DNA of 63,880 nt, filler included, from Intoshia linei (taxonomy: Eukaryota; Animalia; Orthonectida), in the NCBI GenBank assembly GCA_001642005.1. It is 6 parts of 6 records of this genome, joined end to end, with 100 filler letters (N's around TTAATTAATTAA, not from the genome) between each part and the next. Parts side by side here need not be neighbours in the genome. Positions count along the whole stretch, not along the records: positions 23,584 to 31,727 come from LWCA01001480.1; positions 31,828 to 36,107 come from LWCA01001956.1; 4 more parts are not named here. One strand, written 5' to 3'. A model generated the notes under the pieces. It had not been told where the DNA came from. It saw only the letters and a program-made list of their open reading frames with translations, and made no database searches. The first letter of the stretch is position 1; the number at the start of each line of letters is the position of its first letter. Made by a program: the position numbers and the translations under genes. Shown in pieces: positions 23,585-36,207 of the stretch.

Positions 23585-23944
23585 AAATTATACAAACCAC
23601 GAAGCGATCAAAACAGGGTTCGTAAGCCTCCACCACAGTTCTCAAATTATGATACAACAATTAATCAGGTTCGTTCTAACAAACCAACCGATAATGCGTA
23701 CATTTTAATGCAAACGAATCTCAACAATTATATTTCTTCAACTATTGACATAATAAAAAAATTAAAGTCACCTGATTGTGACATGAAACCAGGTTTAAAC
23801 GAGCAGTGCCAAATGCACTACGAGTATATACTCGACTTTTCTCTTAGCGAAAATATCCGCCTGTCCGATAATCCTCACATTGATGAAAAAAAATTTTTCG
23901 CCCCACATTTCTCTTATGTAGGAAAGTGTAGTAAATATCCATAG
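23585..23944 (+). CDS. 3' exon of an unidentified protein, open from the contig start
   Basis: 120 open codons (KLYKPRSDQNRVRKPPPQFSNYD...MQTNLNNY...KYP*) with higher GC than the flanks; no recognisable motif. Confidence 0.5.
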   Translation, partial: KLYKPRSDQNRVRKPPPQFSNYDTTINQVRSNKPTDNAYILMQTNLNNYISSTIDIIKKLKSPDCDMKPGLNEQCQMHYEYILDFSLSENIRLSDNPHIDEKKFFAPHFSYVGKCSKYP

Positions 23945-24104
23945 ATATTTACTATTTACTAAAGATATATTGATACTATATGTTATTATACTGTCCAAGA
24001 ATCTTAATTATCATTGTATAATTAAACACCTATTCGAATAATCGACTTTTTTACAGTAACATTCACAAGAAAAAAGGCCAAAAGTATGGACAAATTTTTA
24101 ACAT

Positions 24105-24679
24105 CAATCATTTATATATTACAATCCTTTGCAATAATGGTAAAATTCGACTGAAGATTCAATTAATTATTTATACACAATTGGTATTTTTAAGTATTTA
24201 TTAAATTGATACTGAATATATGTCATCACATTGAAAATGACAAAATATGTTTTTATAATTTTATTTTTTTAGGAATCTATGCTATTTATGACAATTTTTA
24301 GGATTGGACTGTTTTTACTTTATTTTTAATATTATACACACATTCTGTCTAATAAATTAAAAAAATGGCATAACAATTGTTTTTAAAATTCTTTACGCAA
24401 ATGTTAACAAAACAAAACAAAGGATTGATAATAGTTAATAATTGTTTTTAAAATTTTTTACATAAATGTTACTACAACAAAATTAAAATGGAATAATTAA
24501 CTTTAAATTAAAATAATGTAAAAAGTAATGTGATATGACGAATCCACGTGAAAAAAGTTTGGGAATCACTCCTTTAAAGAATTGATAATAGTGAGAGTAT
24601 GATTTTTTTTGGTATAATAAAAGAGTGCTCTCGGCAGAGCTAGATGCTGTTTGTAAGTAGTACAAAACTGCCAAGCTAG
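24105..24679 (+). mobile_element. 3' part of the Helitron-like family
   Basis: Near-identical to 22800-23223, 2220-2680 and the reverse complement of 28820-29120; ends ...GCCAAGCTAG|T. Confidence 0.7.
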
Positions 24680-25225
24680 TTAATGTATAATTAGAATTAT
24701 CAGTTTTTTCAAACTATATTTTGAGGTACAATAAAATTTTATACTTTATTGTGGAGTTTACGTTAGAGTCCTGAACTGGTTACATTCTCCAATTCTTACC
24801 TGTCATAATTTTTTATTTGATTACGATTCGTCCATTATTATAACTACACCACCTCCTTTTCGATATATTAACCATTATACATATAAATTTGATACAAAAA
24901 ATCAATGATGATTAATTAGCAAAATCGCAAAATGTCGGTCTCACAATAAATCGCTCAACTGAATGTTAGCCTTACAAATTTGTAAATATTTTCATTTAAC
25001 CTAATTCTCCATTTTTTAATATGTAATATAAAGTAAAGTACCAGTAAAATTAAAAATGTATAAAAAGTTAGAATTTTTGATGATTAGTAATAGACGTGAT
25101 ATATTTTTAAAATTTCTGGGAATAGTCCTACTAGATGGCACTAAATTAGCGTTTAATATGAAATATATAGTAAATTTTGAATATAGGATTGCTTATACAT
25201 ATTTGGAAACAATCCTATTCTACAG

Positions 25226-26215
25226 AATTCTATTTCTCCTTCATTAACAATGACTTATGATGGTTACGGATCGCCTTTTTGTTTGACTTTATCAGAGAAT
25301 TACGTAATAACGGATTGTAAAATTAAAACTATTGAACCAACTGAAAGTTTATTATTTGATTTTAAAGAATCTGAAGTTGATCAACAAATTATAATAAAGG
25401 TACTTTGAAATTTTATTTTACCAATCGAATTTATACTAATTTTGAAAATTTTTTACTTGTTTGATAAATAATTTGAAAACATAATATTAATTTAGACATC
25501 ACTTCATTGTTTGTCGTCAGGACCATTTAAAGAACTCTAATGTAAATAAAATGGGGTAAATTTTTATGGATTTTTAAACATTCTTTGATGGCCACGGAAC
25601 GACAACTTTGTAATGAAAAAATTTTTGAAATATGACAACTTGGTGGAGATGAAAAATTTCGTCGCATTAAAATTTGATTTTAGACATCCGTTCTAAAAGA
25701 TATATTTAATGAGTTGGATCAAACGAGTGATGTTTTTGAAATTGTTGTCAATTGTGATGATTTTGAAATTATTACTTTTGGTATTTATGGATCATTTCAA
25801 GTAATTTTATTTAAATTTATTAGTTCATTCAATGGAACCTTTTCAACTTATTGTTTAAATAATTAATGAAAAATGTATAAAATTAAAAAATTGATTTATT
25901 AAACTTTTAGTATACCATTACAAAATCTTCACCATTCATTGTATTATTTAATTCTACTAAACCTTGTCGACACAGGTTTGTTTAATTGTTTTTTATTAAA
26001 TTAATAAAATTTAGATATCTCATCACACTCATTAAATCCATACATAAAACTTTGTTGTTATCTTCGGATGTTTCGATAAAAATTGATAAAGATGGCCATC
26101 TTTGTCTTCAATTTAAAATAGTAGATTCTGGAAATAATTGCTTTATTGATTTTTACGTAATATTTTTTACATTTAATGTTAATGTATTTATTTTGAATAG
26201 TTTGTTCCTGGCTAA
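25226..26215 (+). CDS. RAD1: Cell-cycle checkpoint protein RAD1 (9-1-1 clamp); only the C-terminal half is visible (5 exons)
   Basis: LTMTYDGYGSPFCLTLSENYVITDCKIKTIEPTESLLFDF../TSVLKDIFNELDQTSDVFEI..ITFGIYGS/..R/YLITLIKSIHKTLLLSSDVSIKIDKDGHLCLQF..CFIDFY/FVPG* parallels RAD1 MCYQGYGYPL..VCKINTQEP..FSELD.TS..KAL.LS.KVSIRTD.RG.LSLQY. Confidence 0.88.
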
Positions 26216-26277
26216 AATATATACACAGTAACTTGTTTGTTCAATAAATATTTGTAGACTTTTATTTCATTAGTAAA

Positions 26278-27227
26278 ATGTGGATAATCTTACTTGGTTT
26301 TTTATATAATGTTGGGTAAACCAGTTTGTATACAAAATTATAATTTTTAGAGCAAACAATGTGTGTTTAGGAGTCGTAGGTAAACTTTCTCTTACGTTTC
26401 TAACTAAAGGAGAAAACAAGGTATTTTTTAGACTATTTATATACTCAGAATGAATATAATTCCGTATATAAATAAATATTCACTCATTTTTTTTTATAAC
26501 AATATAATTAATTTAGACTGATTCAGTTGATTTCGTATTTAACTCTATTGGTCTCCCATGTTCGAACAAATTGATATTGTGTCATAAGCGTAATCCTTGT
26601 ATTGAATTTGAGTTTGACAATAATAGTAATGAAATAAAACTGAATCGTGTTAACGTAAAAATGGACGGCAGAATAGTAGAAGAAATTGATAGTTGGAATA
26701 TATACGATATGGCATTGGACAAAAATTTTTTCTTTAAACCTACGCAAATGGGGCAAATGTATTCATGTCAATCGGAATTTACTGTTCCTATGAATAAAAT
26801 TATAAAACCCAATATTTACGATAATCATATTCCAGATAAATTCGAACTAATATTAGCAAGCATCAATTTATCAAACTTTGGGTTGATTTTAATAAATCAA
26901 AATGTTAACGGCATAATAACAGGTAACTTGATTTTTAAAATTTGTTAATCTTTTTATGTTTATTATAATATAAAATTTACTATAATTATTATAGAAACAA
27001 AATGCCAAAAAGATCAATTTCCAGATGGAACTGATTTCTCAAGTGATGACTCTTTTATGGGATATTTGAGATCTTTCTCTCCAATAACTCTCATTGCTAT
27101 TTCGTCTTTAATATCGTCCATTTTAATGTCCCTCATTCTTCTAATTTGGTATAAATTATGGCAAAATCATTTGTGTTGCTGCAGAACCTGTCGCAAAAGT
27201 CCATATAAAACAATTCCAACAGATTAA
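26278..27227 (+). CDS. Type I membrane protein, LAMP-family-like (4 exons)
   Basis: Signal-like start MWIILLGFLYNV, Cys-containing luminal domain with GQMYSCQSE and TKCQKD, TM segment ITLIAISSLISSILMSLILLIW, and tail CCCRTCRKSPYKTIPTD* with a YxxI motif. Gene model is solid; family call is tentative. Confidence 0.6.
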
Positions 27228-27956
27228 ATTGTGTGTTATATTATAAAGTTTCATTTTCTTTTTTTCATAATCATAATCACTCGTTTTTAATCTTTATAAG
27301 AAAAAATAATTTTTCAAAGAAAAGTTTTTTCTGAATACAGAAAATTATAATTTTATATACATATACAGTAATCCACGCACTAGTTAGTTAACACAACCTT
27401 AACAGTTTTAATACAGTGTACAATGAATGCTTAAATATACAAGTTATGACAAGTGTAGTGGTTATACCGGATTTACAGTATCGTAGTCATATTTTGATAA
27501 CGAACGTTATCAAAGTAAATTGATTCAAAATTAAAAAAATTGTATATAAATCATTATAAAGCCATTTTTAACAGAATTTATAGTGATCTCAGTTTTTGTA
27601 AAACAGAGACCAAAATAAAATCTGTTATAAACGACAAATTTGATTTATAGTTTAAAATATCGCACCCTCCGATTGATAATCAATTTGTAAAAGTTTATTG
27701 TTTTACTTTTATTGATGCAGCATGCATTGTTAGAAACTTTGGTATTATTCACGTGTGATTGAAACGTAAAAGTATCATGACCACATAACTTTGTTCCAAT
27801 TTTGTACATAAATTATCAATCATGTAATCATTATCGATAACTAATCGCACAATTGTTTATTCATTTATTACATTAATTTTAATTAATTATAAATTACGAT
27901 TTTATTAACAAAAAAGTATACACGAAATCTTTAAATTATGCACAGGGTATTCTAAT

Positions 27957-28669
27957 TAGGGAATGATATTTGATTAATCTAAAACCCGGTTAATCGCTTA
28001 CAATAATCGAATTTTCAAAAGTTTCATAAATATATCAAAGTCTAATTTTTTAGGATTTACAAAATAAAACCATGTTCAGTCTCACTCTTGATATTCATAC
28101 AAGAATTAAAATATATAATACAAGTTTGATCAGAATTTCTGGATAGGCCAAATCAGAGAAATGTATAAAAAATATTAGAATTTGGACTTGACATAAATAA
28201 AAACATTGTTTGTGGCACAACTGATGGAGCTAGTGTAATGATGAAATTATGAAAGAAGTTGTTTACATCAAACTTGTTTTTCCCATGCGATACACATAGC
28301 TGTGTGTGATGTCTTATATTCACTAACCGCAATCAATCAATCATTATTTTCTAATTCTAATAGTGAATATTCATGGAATGATACATCTGAAGAAAATATC
28401 ATAACTTTCTCTAGTATATGAAACTTTATCAAAAATTCGAATTATTGTGAGATTATTTAGCAAATCATATGTAAAAAATTACTGTCTACAAAGCTGTTAT
28501 TTGACACATAAAAAAGAATTGAAATTAATTTTGGATAAAAAAACAATATGGAATTCTCTTTTGATTATGTTAAAAATTTTAAATTCCGATTAATCGATAA
28601 TCGTTGTTCTAATAACCGGAATTATTCGATAACTGGTTTTTTAAATTTTCGAATAATCAGGACTCCATA
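27957..28669 (+). mobile_element. Internally deleted hAT transposon with an 8-bp TSD
   Basis: TSD ATTCTAAT on both sides; TAGGG... terminus; relic motifs FSLTLD, IVCGTTDGASVMMK, HQTCFSHAIHIAVCDVLY, LKLILDKKTIWNSL. Confidence 0.85.
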
Positions 28670-31209
28670 ATTCTAATGCGTTTATCAGTGATATTGAAGT
28701 TATTACTATTTTTTTGATTTACTGAAGATTGGTAATAGTGAATAGTAACATTTTTATGTAGGATTCCAATTTATTATTGCATTTGTTTTGGGATATAATT
28801 AACAAATACATTATCAATCGTTTAAAGGAGTGGTTCCAAATTTGTTTTAGGTGGAACCATCATATCACATTACTTTTTACTGTAAAGTGAATTATTCCAT
28901 CTTAATTTTTTTTGTTAACATTTGCGTAAAGAATTTTAAAAACAATTGTTATGCCATTTTTTTAATTTATTAGACAGAATGTGTGTATAATATTAAAAAT
29001 AAAGTAAAAACAGTCCAATCCTAAAAATTGTCATAAATAGCATAAATTCCAACAAAATAAAATTATAAAAACCTATTTTGTCATTTTCAATGTAATAATA
29101 TATATTCAGTACCAATTTAATAAGGAAATTAGATTAGTTATATAATGGAATAGTTTGATCCTTCATATTAATACTAATAATGAACCAACAGTAAAACTAA
29201 AAATATAACATTTATAAAAATGAATTACGTGAACCAATAAATACAGTAATAGTATCAAATGTCAGATTTTTCAATCCTATCCAAAAAACTTGTAAAATTA
29301 GCAAAACTAATGTGCCAGTGAATAAAAAATATATATCAACACTATAAAATCCTGTTTGTAAATAAAACTATTCATATTACTTATTCAAGTCAAATAATCA
29401 TTACAGTTAATTCGTACCACCTTATTATTATTACTTATCAATTTGGATTTCTTATTTTATATAAATTAATTTCATTAATAATTAGATCCAATCCAATTTA
29501 AATTGGCTAAATTTTAACCTAAATAGAAATGCCGATGCCACTGGTTGATTCAAACACCTAGAAATTTTGCGTTAGATAATACTGTAGTGATATATCACTG
29601 TCGTACTAATCGAGATCCAAAGACATACTTTTGATATCCTCAATTGGAGCCTTATGTAGTTTAAACCTACCAATATGAACAATTATTTATTATTATTGAT
29701 ATTAGAAACCAAAACAATTGATTGTTTTTACAGGTCTTGTAATAAATCAAAATAAATAATTTTTAAAATTTGACAAAAAAGTTCATTTTACGGGCTTAAC
29801 CTGAACCAAGAGGTAGCTGATGACCATATCCGACTAAGATAAAATATAATATAAATTTATCGAAACCGTGTTAGAACCGTTCTGGGGGCAACAAAGTAGT
29901 TATAAGTTGTCGACCCCTGATGTACATTGTACATGAGTTACATTACTTATTTTTAAAAAATTTTAGTTTACAAGCAGGTGCTTGAAAATCCATAAGTAGA
30001 CCCTATATAAAATTTTTTAAGAATAGAAGAAGAAGAAAAAATAGAATAATATTGTAATATCGAATAATATCGAGATATTGTTAAATTTAATGGATTGAGA
30101 AGATTTAAAAACGCCCACAGAAATTAGTTGCTCTGTTGTTAATCTTATGAGTAGAAACGTAGTGCCATCGCTATGGCAATTTATCTATGACCAAAAATTC
30201 AAAAAAATATGACATTTCCCAAAAATAATATGAGTTTTTATGACAAATGCAATTATTATAGTACAGCGGATCCCAAATCAAGATACTGGGACCCCTAGGG
30301 ACCCAGAAAATATTTTAGAGTGCCAGCTCGTCTGATACTATGACTTATAAATTATATATATTTTTGAAAATCTCAAAAATCATTGAAAATAAAAATTAAT
30401 TTGTAATAATATACTTAGTTCCTTATGTATTTACGACTATTTGATAGTTTATATAATTTTAAGATTGTATATTAAATACAGTTACGCCCTTATAATAAAA
30501 CTTATTTCGTCAGTTCAATCATTAACGATTTTTTAGATATCCATTTTGGGTCAAGTAGAGTTTTAACAATTTTTTTAATTAATATGGTATCATAGTTACA
30601 CTAAATTTAAATTATTATGGGGTAATTAATTAAATTCTTAAATTTCTAACATTTTTTTAATATAAAAAAAAATAATTATTTTTATGACATTGTTCGCCCT
30701 CGTAATCACCCATTAAGTTTTTATTACAGAATTGTGCACTGATATAAACACTATTGTGCATCTATATAACTACTAATGTGCGTTCATTAACTTGTATCCT
30801 TATTCAAACTAATAAAAGTAGCCCTATGGTAAACATGAAACTTTTTATTGCGAACAAGATGGTGTGATTGAAATGTTTCAATTCTTAAAATGACCACCAA
30901 CTTTTTGTATTTTAAAATTATCAAATTTTAAATATCATAAATTAAAGAACATTAAGTTTATAAAAATAAATTGTGATGACAACTAAGATGAATCATACTT
31001 TAGATTGGTCACAGGGCACCTTTACGATTAATTAAAAAATAAAAATGAACTGTCGTCCCATTGATTTCAAATATTAACATATATTACTATAATAAATAGT
31101 ACTAGTCAATATTACAAATATTAATGATTAGCCATTTATAAATAAGACTAAATAAGTCGTATTTAAAATACATAAATATCAAATAAATTTACTATAACCT
31201 TGATACGAA

Positions 31210-31727
31210 ATTGCAATGGAATTGTAAATTTCGGTAATGGAAATATATATACGACATAGAATATGTTAAATGGAATGATAATATCATTGCCGATTGTATG
31301 CCGCGAATGCCTGTGAATTCAAAGGTTGAACGAATTGATATACGTTATGTTCACTTAATAAACTAAACGTGATATGTTGTTAAATAATGTTAAAAGATAC
31401 ATTCGGAATAAATGGCCTTTTAAATTATCTGATGATGAGCGAAGGTAATTTAATGTTACAGGTAAATTATGGATTAAAAAGGAACTGTTAATGAAAGGTT
31501 TAAATTTGATTGTTGTATTGAATGTGCCTTAAGTGATAAAACTAAATTATCCCCAATTGAATATCCTGGAAGTAAATGGGAAATGTTAGGCATTGATCTC
31601 GTTCGTCCTATGAATTATTTACCATTTGATAAACGTTATGGGATAACTCTGGTAGATCATTATTCCAAATAATCCGAATTTAAACTAGTTGAAGATACTA
31701 CGACGGAAATTATTTTGCAATTCTTGG
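31210..31727 (+). mobile_element. Ty3/Gypsy LTR retrotransposon pol relic (RNase H end and integrase), cut by the gap
   Basis: YDIEYVKWNDNIIADCMPRMP, then CIECALSDK..LSPIEYPGSKWEMLGIDLVRP..YGITLVDHYSK*SEF..TTTEIILQFL. RNase H before integrase is the Gypsy order; in-frame stops are present. Confidence 0.85.
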
Positions 31728-31827
31728 NNNNNNNNNNNNNNNNNNNNNNNNNNNNNNNNNNNNNNNNNNNNTTAATTAATTAANNNNNNNNNNNNNNNNN
31801 NNNNNNNNNNNNNNNNNNNNNNNNNNN
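31728..31827. other. Artificial contig spacer
   Basis: 44 N + TTAATTAATTAA + 44 N. Confidence 0.97.
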
Positions 31828-32143
31828 AATCAAATAGTACGATGGAGATATTGAAGTGCGTACTTATATTTTACAATAATTAAGTTTATATGGTAGTAAA
31901 AATAAAGTTGAACTTTAGCATTAATTTAATTTTTTAGGTAAATGTCTCCCAGCCTAAATGACAACAATTTCAGAGTCAATAATATTTGTGCTGTCTTTTT
32001 TAACTCAAATAATATCCGTTTTTTTTTTTAAATAAAATTTATATTGAGTATTGAAGATTTTATTTTTATAAAATAAATCAAGGTCAAAAATAACTTTTAA
32101 TATATTATCAATCAATATTTTGTAAAAATATTTGGATTAAAAT

Positions 32144-32298
32144 AAAGTGGCCAGAAAAATATGTACTATCACTTTTAGTTTATTTGGTATAAATTTTAAG
32201 CCGAAAATTTTTATTCGTCATCATTAATAAGTAGTTTTGGCTTAAAATTTAACACAAATAAACTAAAATTGATAGTACGTATTTTTTCTGGCCACTTT
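32144..32298. repeat. ~155-bp palindromic (fold-back) MITE-like element
   Basis: AAAGTGGCCAGAAAAATATGTACTATCA...TGATAGTACGTATTTTTTCTGGCCACTTT; related copies at ~58616-58760 and ~47795-47885. Confidence 0.7.
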
Positions 32299-34675
32299 AA
32301 TTAAAATTACAAATCAAAAAGTAAATATTCATCCTACAATATCAAAAAAAAGTGGCAATTGAACGTATATATATCGAAAATACAGAAATATGGGTTTCCA
32401 CCTCATAAATTGATTCCTTCTGTAATTTTATCATTACTACGCAATATCTCATTTAAAAAGATTTTCAAAGTTTAGAACCAACTTAAGTATAACTTTGTTA
32501 TAACTTGTAGGTATAATTTTGAGATTTATTTCAATGTTCATAGCATGCTTCAATCAAGCTTCTTCATCCGAAATGCATGATAGAAGCGAAAGGTATAAAC
32601 TACAGCTATTTAAGATTTTAATTTTTCAGGGTTGTAACTATATTTTGATTGTTTTTAAGATTATAATCTACGAGTGGTTCCCGATTGAAATAGTGTACGG
32701 AGTCTGTACTACGGCCCCATTTCAAAATATTTATTATTTTGGACCCTAAAGGAAACATGAAATTTATATAACATTAAAAATTATTTTTTTTTCATAAGAT
32801 TTTGTAAAATCGTGTTTTTCAAAAAAATATTGAATAAAGGTGGTTATTCCTTAAGTTAGGTTAGTAAAATTGATTTTTTATTTTGGGTTAAGAAGTTATC
32901 GGTTAAGTTAAGTATTAAGTCGGATTTTTGAAAAAATTATCAATAAAAGTCTTATAAATTTTTTTCTGAGGCTTTTAAATTGTATTTTTTAAATAATAAT
33001 GTAGCGGTCGTTTCGGTATTAGGGTAAATTCACAATATCTGACAACTCTGTAGTAAATATTAAAAATTCTAAATTTAAAATAAAAAAGTTAAATTTTTTA
33101 TATATATTTTATTTGAGTCTCACGGATCCCAAGGTATATAATTTTGGCCCACCGAGGGTCCAGGGACCCCAATCTGGGACCACTAATATATACTCATAGT
33201 AATCCATTAAAAAGTCGGGTCTCTGAAGAGCTAACTACAATTTGCACCAAGTACATAACAGTCTAATTAGTTATTGATAAACTTGGTATCAATTTTCAAA
33301 AATAGCACAACAAAGTACAAATGTGTTTGAAAATTAAATTTAAATACATTTAAATATACGGTGTAAAATATTATTGTCGTAAATACCTTTCGAAACTAAC
33401 AACATCTTCCATATTTAAAAAATAAAATGAAATTGACGCACAGTAGAAAAATAAATATTTGTCATAGAAATGTAAGTTTCAATATTACGGACTATATTCT
33501 GTATTTGTCTGTACAATTTTTTGTATTCAATTTCTAAAATAAAAATACCAAAGATAATATATATTTTTTGTAGTTAATATAAAACCTACATGTCTATTTA
33601 AATAAAATCAGTTATGTACCTACCATACTCGAGCCACGAAAATCAAAGTAAATTTCGAAGAGTGAAATTTATCACAGATAATATATTATGTAGATATAGA
33701 TAAAAGTTTTCATTTTAAGTTTTAAGTCTTTTTTATTAAAATAGACTTTGAATGACTCAAAATTATTTTTTCTAGCATAGTGATACCATTAATACATGTA
33801 TGTCAAATTTGATCTTTTAAAATTATATTTTAAGTTATTTAAATACTCCACGCGAGTAGTTACGTGTAACTTAATATTAAGTTAATAAGCATATTGTTAA
33901 ATATAACTTTATTGGTTTTTTTGAAATTGTAGGATCGATATTTTCAATTTTTATTTTAATCGAAATATTTGAAAAATATTGGTTGATAATATATTAAAAG
34001 TATTTTTCACCCGGGAATGCGTAGATTTCTGTAGTTGAAATTTTTGGACAGTTAATTATTTAACATTTTTTGTTTTAATAGAATATTTCAGAAAAAAAAT
34101 ATATAAATACTAAAATGTTTTTTTGACCGTGAAGGCGTCACTTATTCAGATTGAAATTTTTAGTGTGTTTTAACAGAATACAACTGTACCACCTGTAAAT
34201 TTTTTTATATTCTAGGGCTGTGTTCATTAAAAAAAAGGGGTAATTTGTGTTTTGGCTTTGAAGATATATTTTTTTCAAATTTAAATTTATGATTTTAAAC
34301 TCTGTATCCTCCCAATTTCACATCTTACGGGTCAAAAACCCCTGTTGTCCCTCTTTTTGAAAATCAAACGAGTTGGAGAATTTAAAAAAATATATACGCT
34401 GATGCGGATTTTAAAATCATAAACATTATCATAAATTTAAAAAAATTAAATTATGTAATCAATTAAAAAAATCAGTCGATATAATGTGTGTCATAATTTT
34501 CACAATCTAAATTCCACAGCATTAAATCATAAATAGCTCCTATGGATTCAATTTTATCATGCACTCAAATTAGTTTAAATTGAAATATGAAAGCGCAAAC
34601 GCAAAATTACGTAGCATAAATTTTATAAACCAAATAAATATATACAAAAAATTAACCATTATACAAATTTTGACA

Positions 34676-36107
34676 ATGAAAAGGAGTAAAAATGTAATAA
34701 TAATTTTAGTATTAAATTTACAATATAGCTTATGTATTTATGTATTGTTCATAATTTAAAAATCTTAGAATCAAGTTAATACTAATGGTATATCATCATT
34801 TTACAAAAAAAAACGTACAATTATAGAATCCAGTTCAGATGAAGGTTATTTTTAAATACTAAATGTATATACTATTTACTATACATGCAAATGTCTCAAT
34901 GTTGACCAATCTGTGCCATTTTCATAATTTTCTATAATCCGTACTAAATATATCAAATTTAATATTTGAAATATTGAAGTCATTTCATTGATATTTTAAA
35001 ATTACTTTTAGAATTTCAAAATAAGGATTTGAACATTGAATCTGAACTTGAGGATAAACAAGTGATTCATATTGATTTTATATTCTATAGTAAATATATT
35101 AGAATTCTTTTACCAAAATTAAAACTGAAAACAGTGCAAATAATGACGTTAATCATGAAAATGATAAAGACGTAAATGAAGAAATAAAGCAAGTCGCAAC
35201 TAGTGGATATGGTAGTTACATGAGACGTGAACCACCTAAAAACTTGGGAAGTAAACCTATTCCAAAGGTAAGCTCAAAGTTATACAAATTTTTGTATTGT
35301 GCATTATTTAAATTGTATTGTGTCCTTCTTGTTATCAATGTGTTTAAGATTTTTCTTTGATCTATTTATAATAATAATTTATTTGTAGGGTAAATCCAAT
35401 TGTTTGAATGGTCTTGCATTTGTTATCACTGGAGAATTGGAATCATTTGATAGAGATACTATTAAAGAATTTATTCAAAGATATGGTGGTATTATACGAT
35501 CCGCAATTAGTTCAAAAACATCATATGTTGTTGTCGGTAGAGAACCTGGCCCAGCCAAAATGAAAAAAGTTTTTTTTTTTATATTTTTGTTAGAATACAG
35601 TCAGTATAGTACGTTGCAGAAATAAAAATAATTGGCACCAGGAAATGTGTTAAAATTTAATTATAAATTGTAATATAACAATTTGTGAATACTGTTCACA
35701 GATTATATTTTGAGATTGATTTAATCTTGATTAAGTTTATTTTACTAAAATATTCTTACAAGACATCCCTAACAATATAACTACATTTTACAATGTACAA
35801 TTTAAATAATGTAAATAGTCAGAATTCGAGAAATTAAATCGTATATAAAATCCAAAAAAATTGAGCTAGAAACAAATTTTCAAAAATAAACAGTATAGCT
35901 AAACATGGAGAACAATACTATGAAGTCGGTACCACGTTTAAAAGCTCAAACGCCAATTTCCGTTAAAATAAAGTTTAGTTTTAATTTTGTAATATATATA
36001 CAGAGTTTGTCATGAATATAAATTTTAATGAAAATATTAAGAAATTAAAGTGAATAGTTCTAAAACATAAAAAAATTGTATTACACACATTTATTTCTAC
36101 AATGTAA
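34676..36107 (+). CDS. RFC1: Replication factor C subunit 1, 5' part including the BRCT domain, cut at the contig end
   Basis: YGSYMRREPPKNLGSKPIPK/GKSNCLNGLAFVITGELESFDRDTIKEFIQRYGG..SAISSKTSYVVVGREPGPAKMKK matches RFC1 (..REGPKALGSKEIPKG.ENCL.GL.FVITG.LES). Last recognised exon ends ~35568; start codon is inferred. Confidence 0.9.
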
Positions 36108-36207
36108 NNNNNNNNNNNNNNNNNNNNNNNNNNNNNNNNNNNNNNNNNNNNTTAATTAATTAANNNNNNNNNNNNNNNNNNNNNNNNNNNNNNNNNNNNN
36201 NNNNNNN
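36108..36207. other. Artificial contig spacer
   Basis: 44 N + TTAATTAATTAA + 44 N. Confidence 0.97.

Noticed and set aside
29130-29670. Possible minus-strand spliced gene with hydrophobic segments
   Set aside because: Splice-like signals exist, but I could not build a phase-consistent model or recognise a family.
25226-36107. RAD1 (clamp) near RFC1 (clamp loader) as a DNA-repair cluster
   Set aside because: Separated by the spacer at 31728; also the 9-1-1 clamp is loaded by RAD17-RFC, not RFC1.
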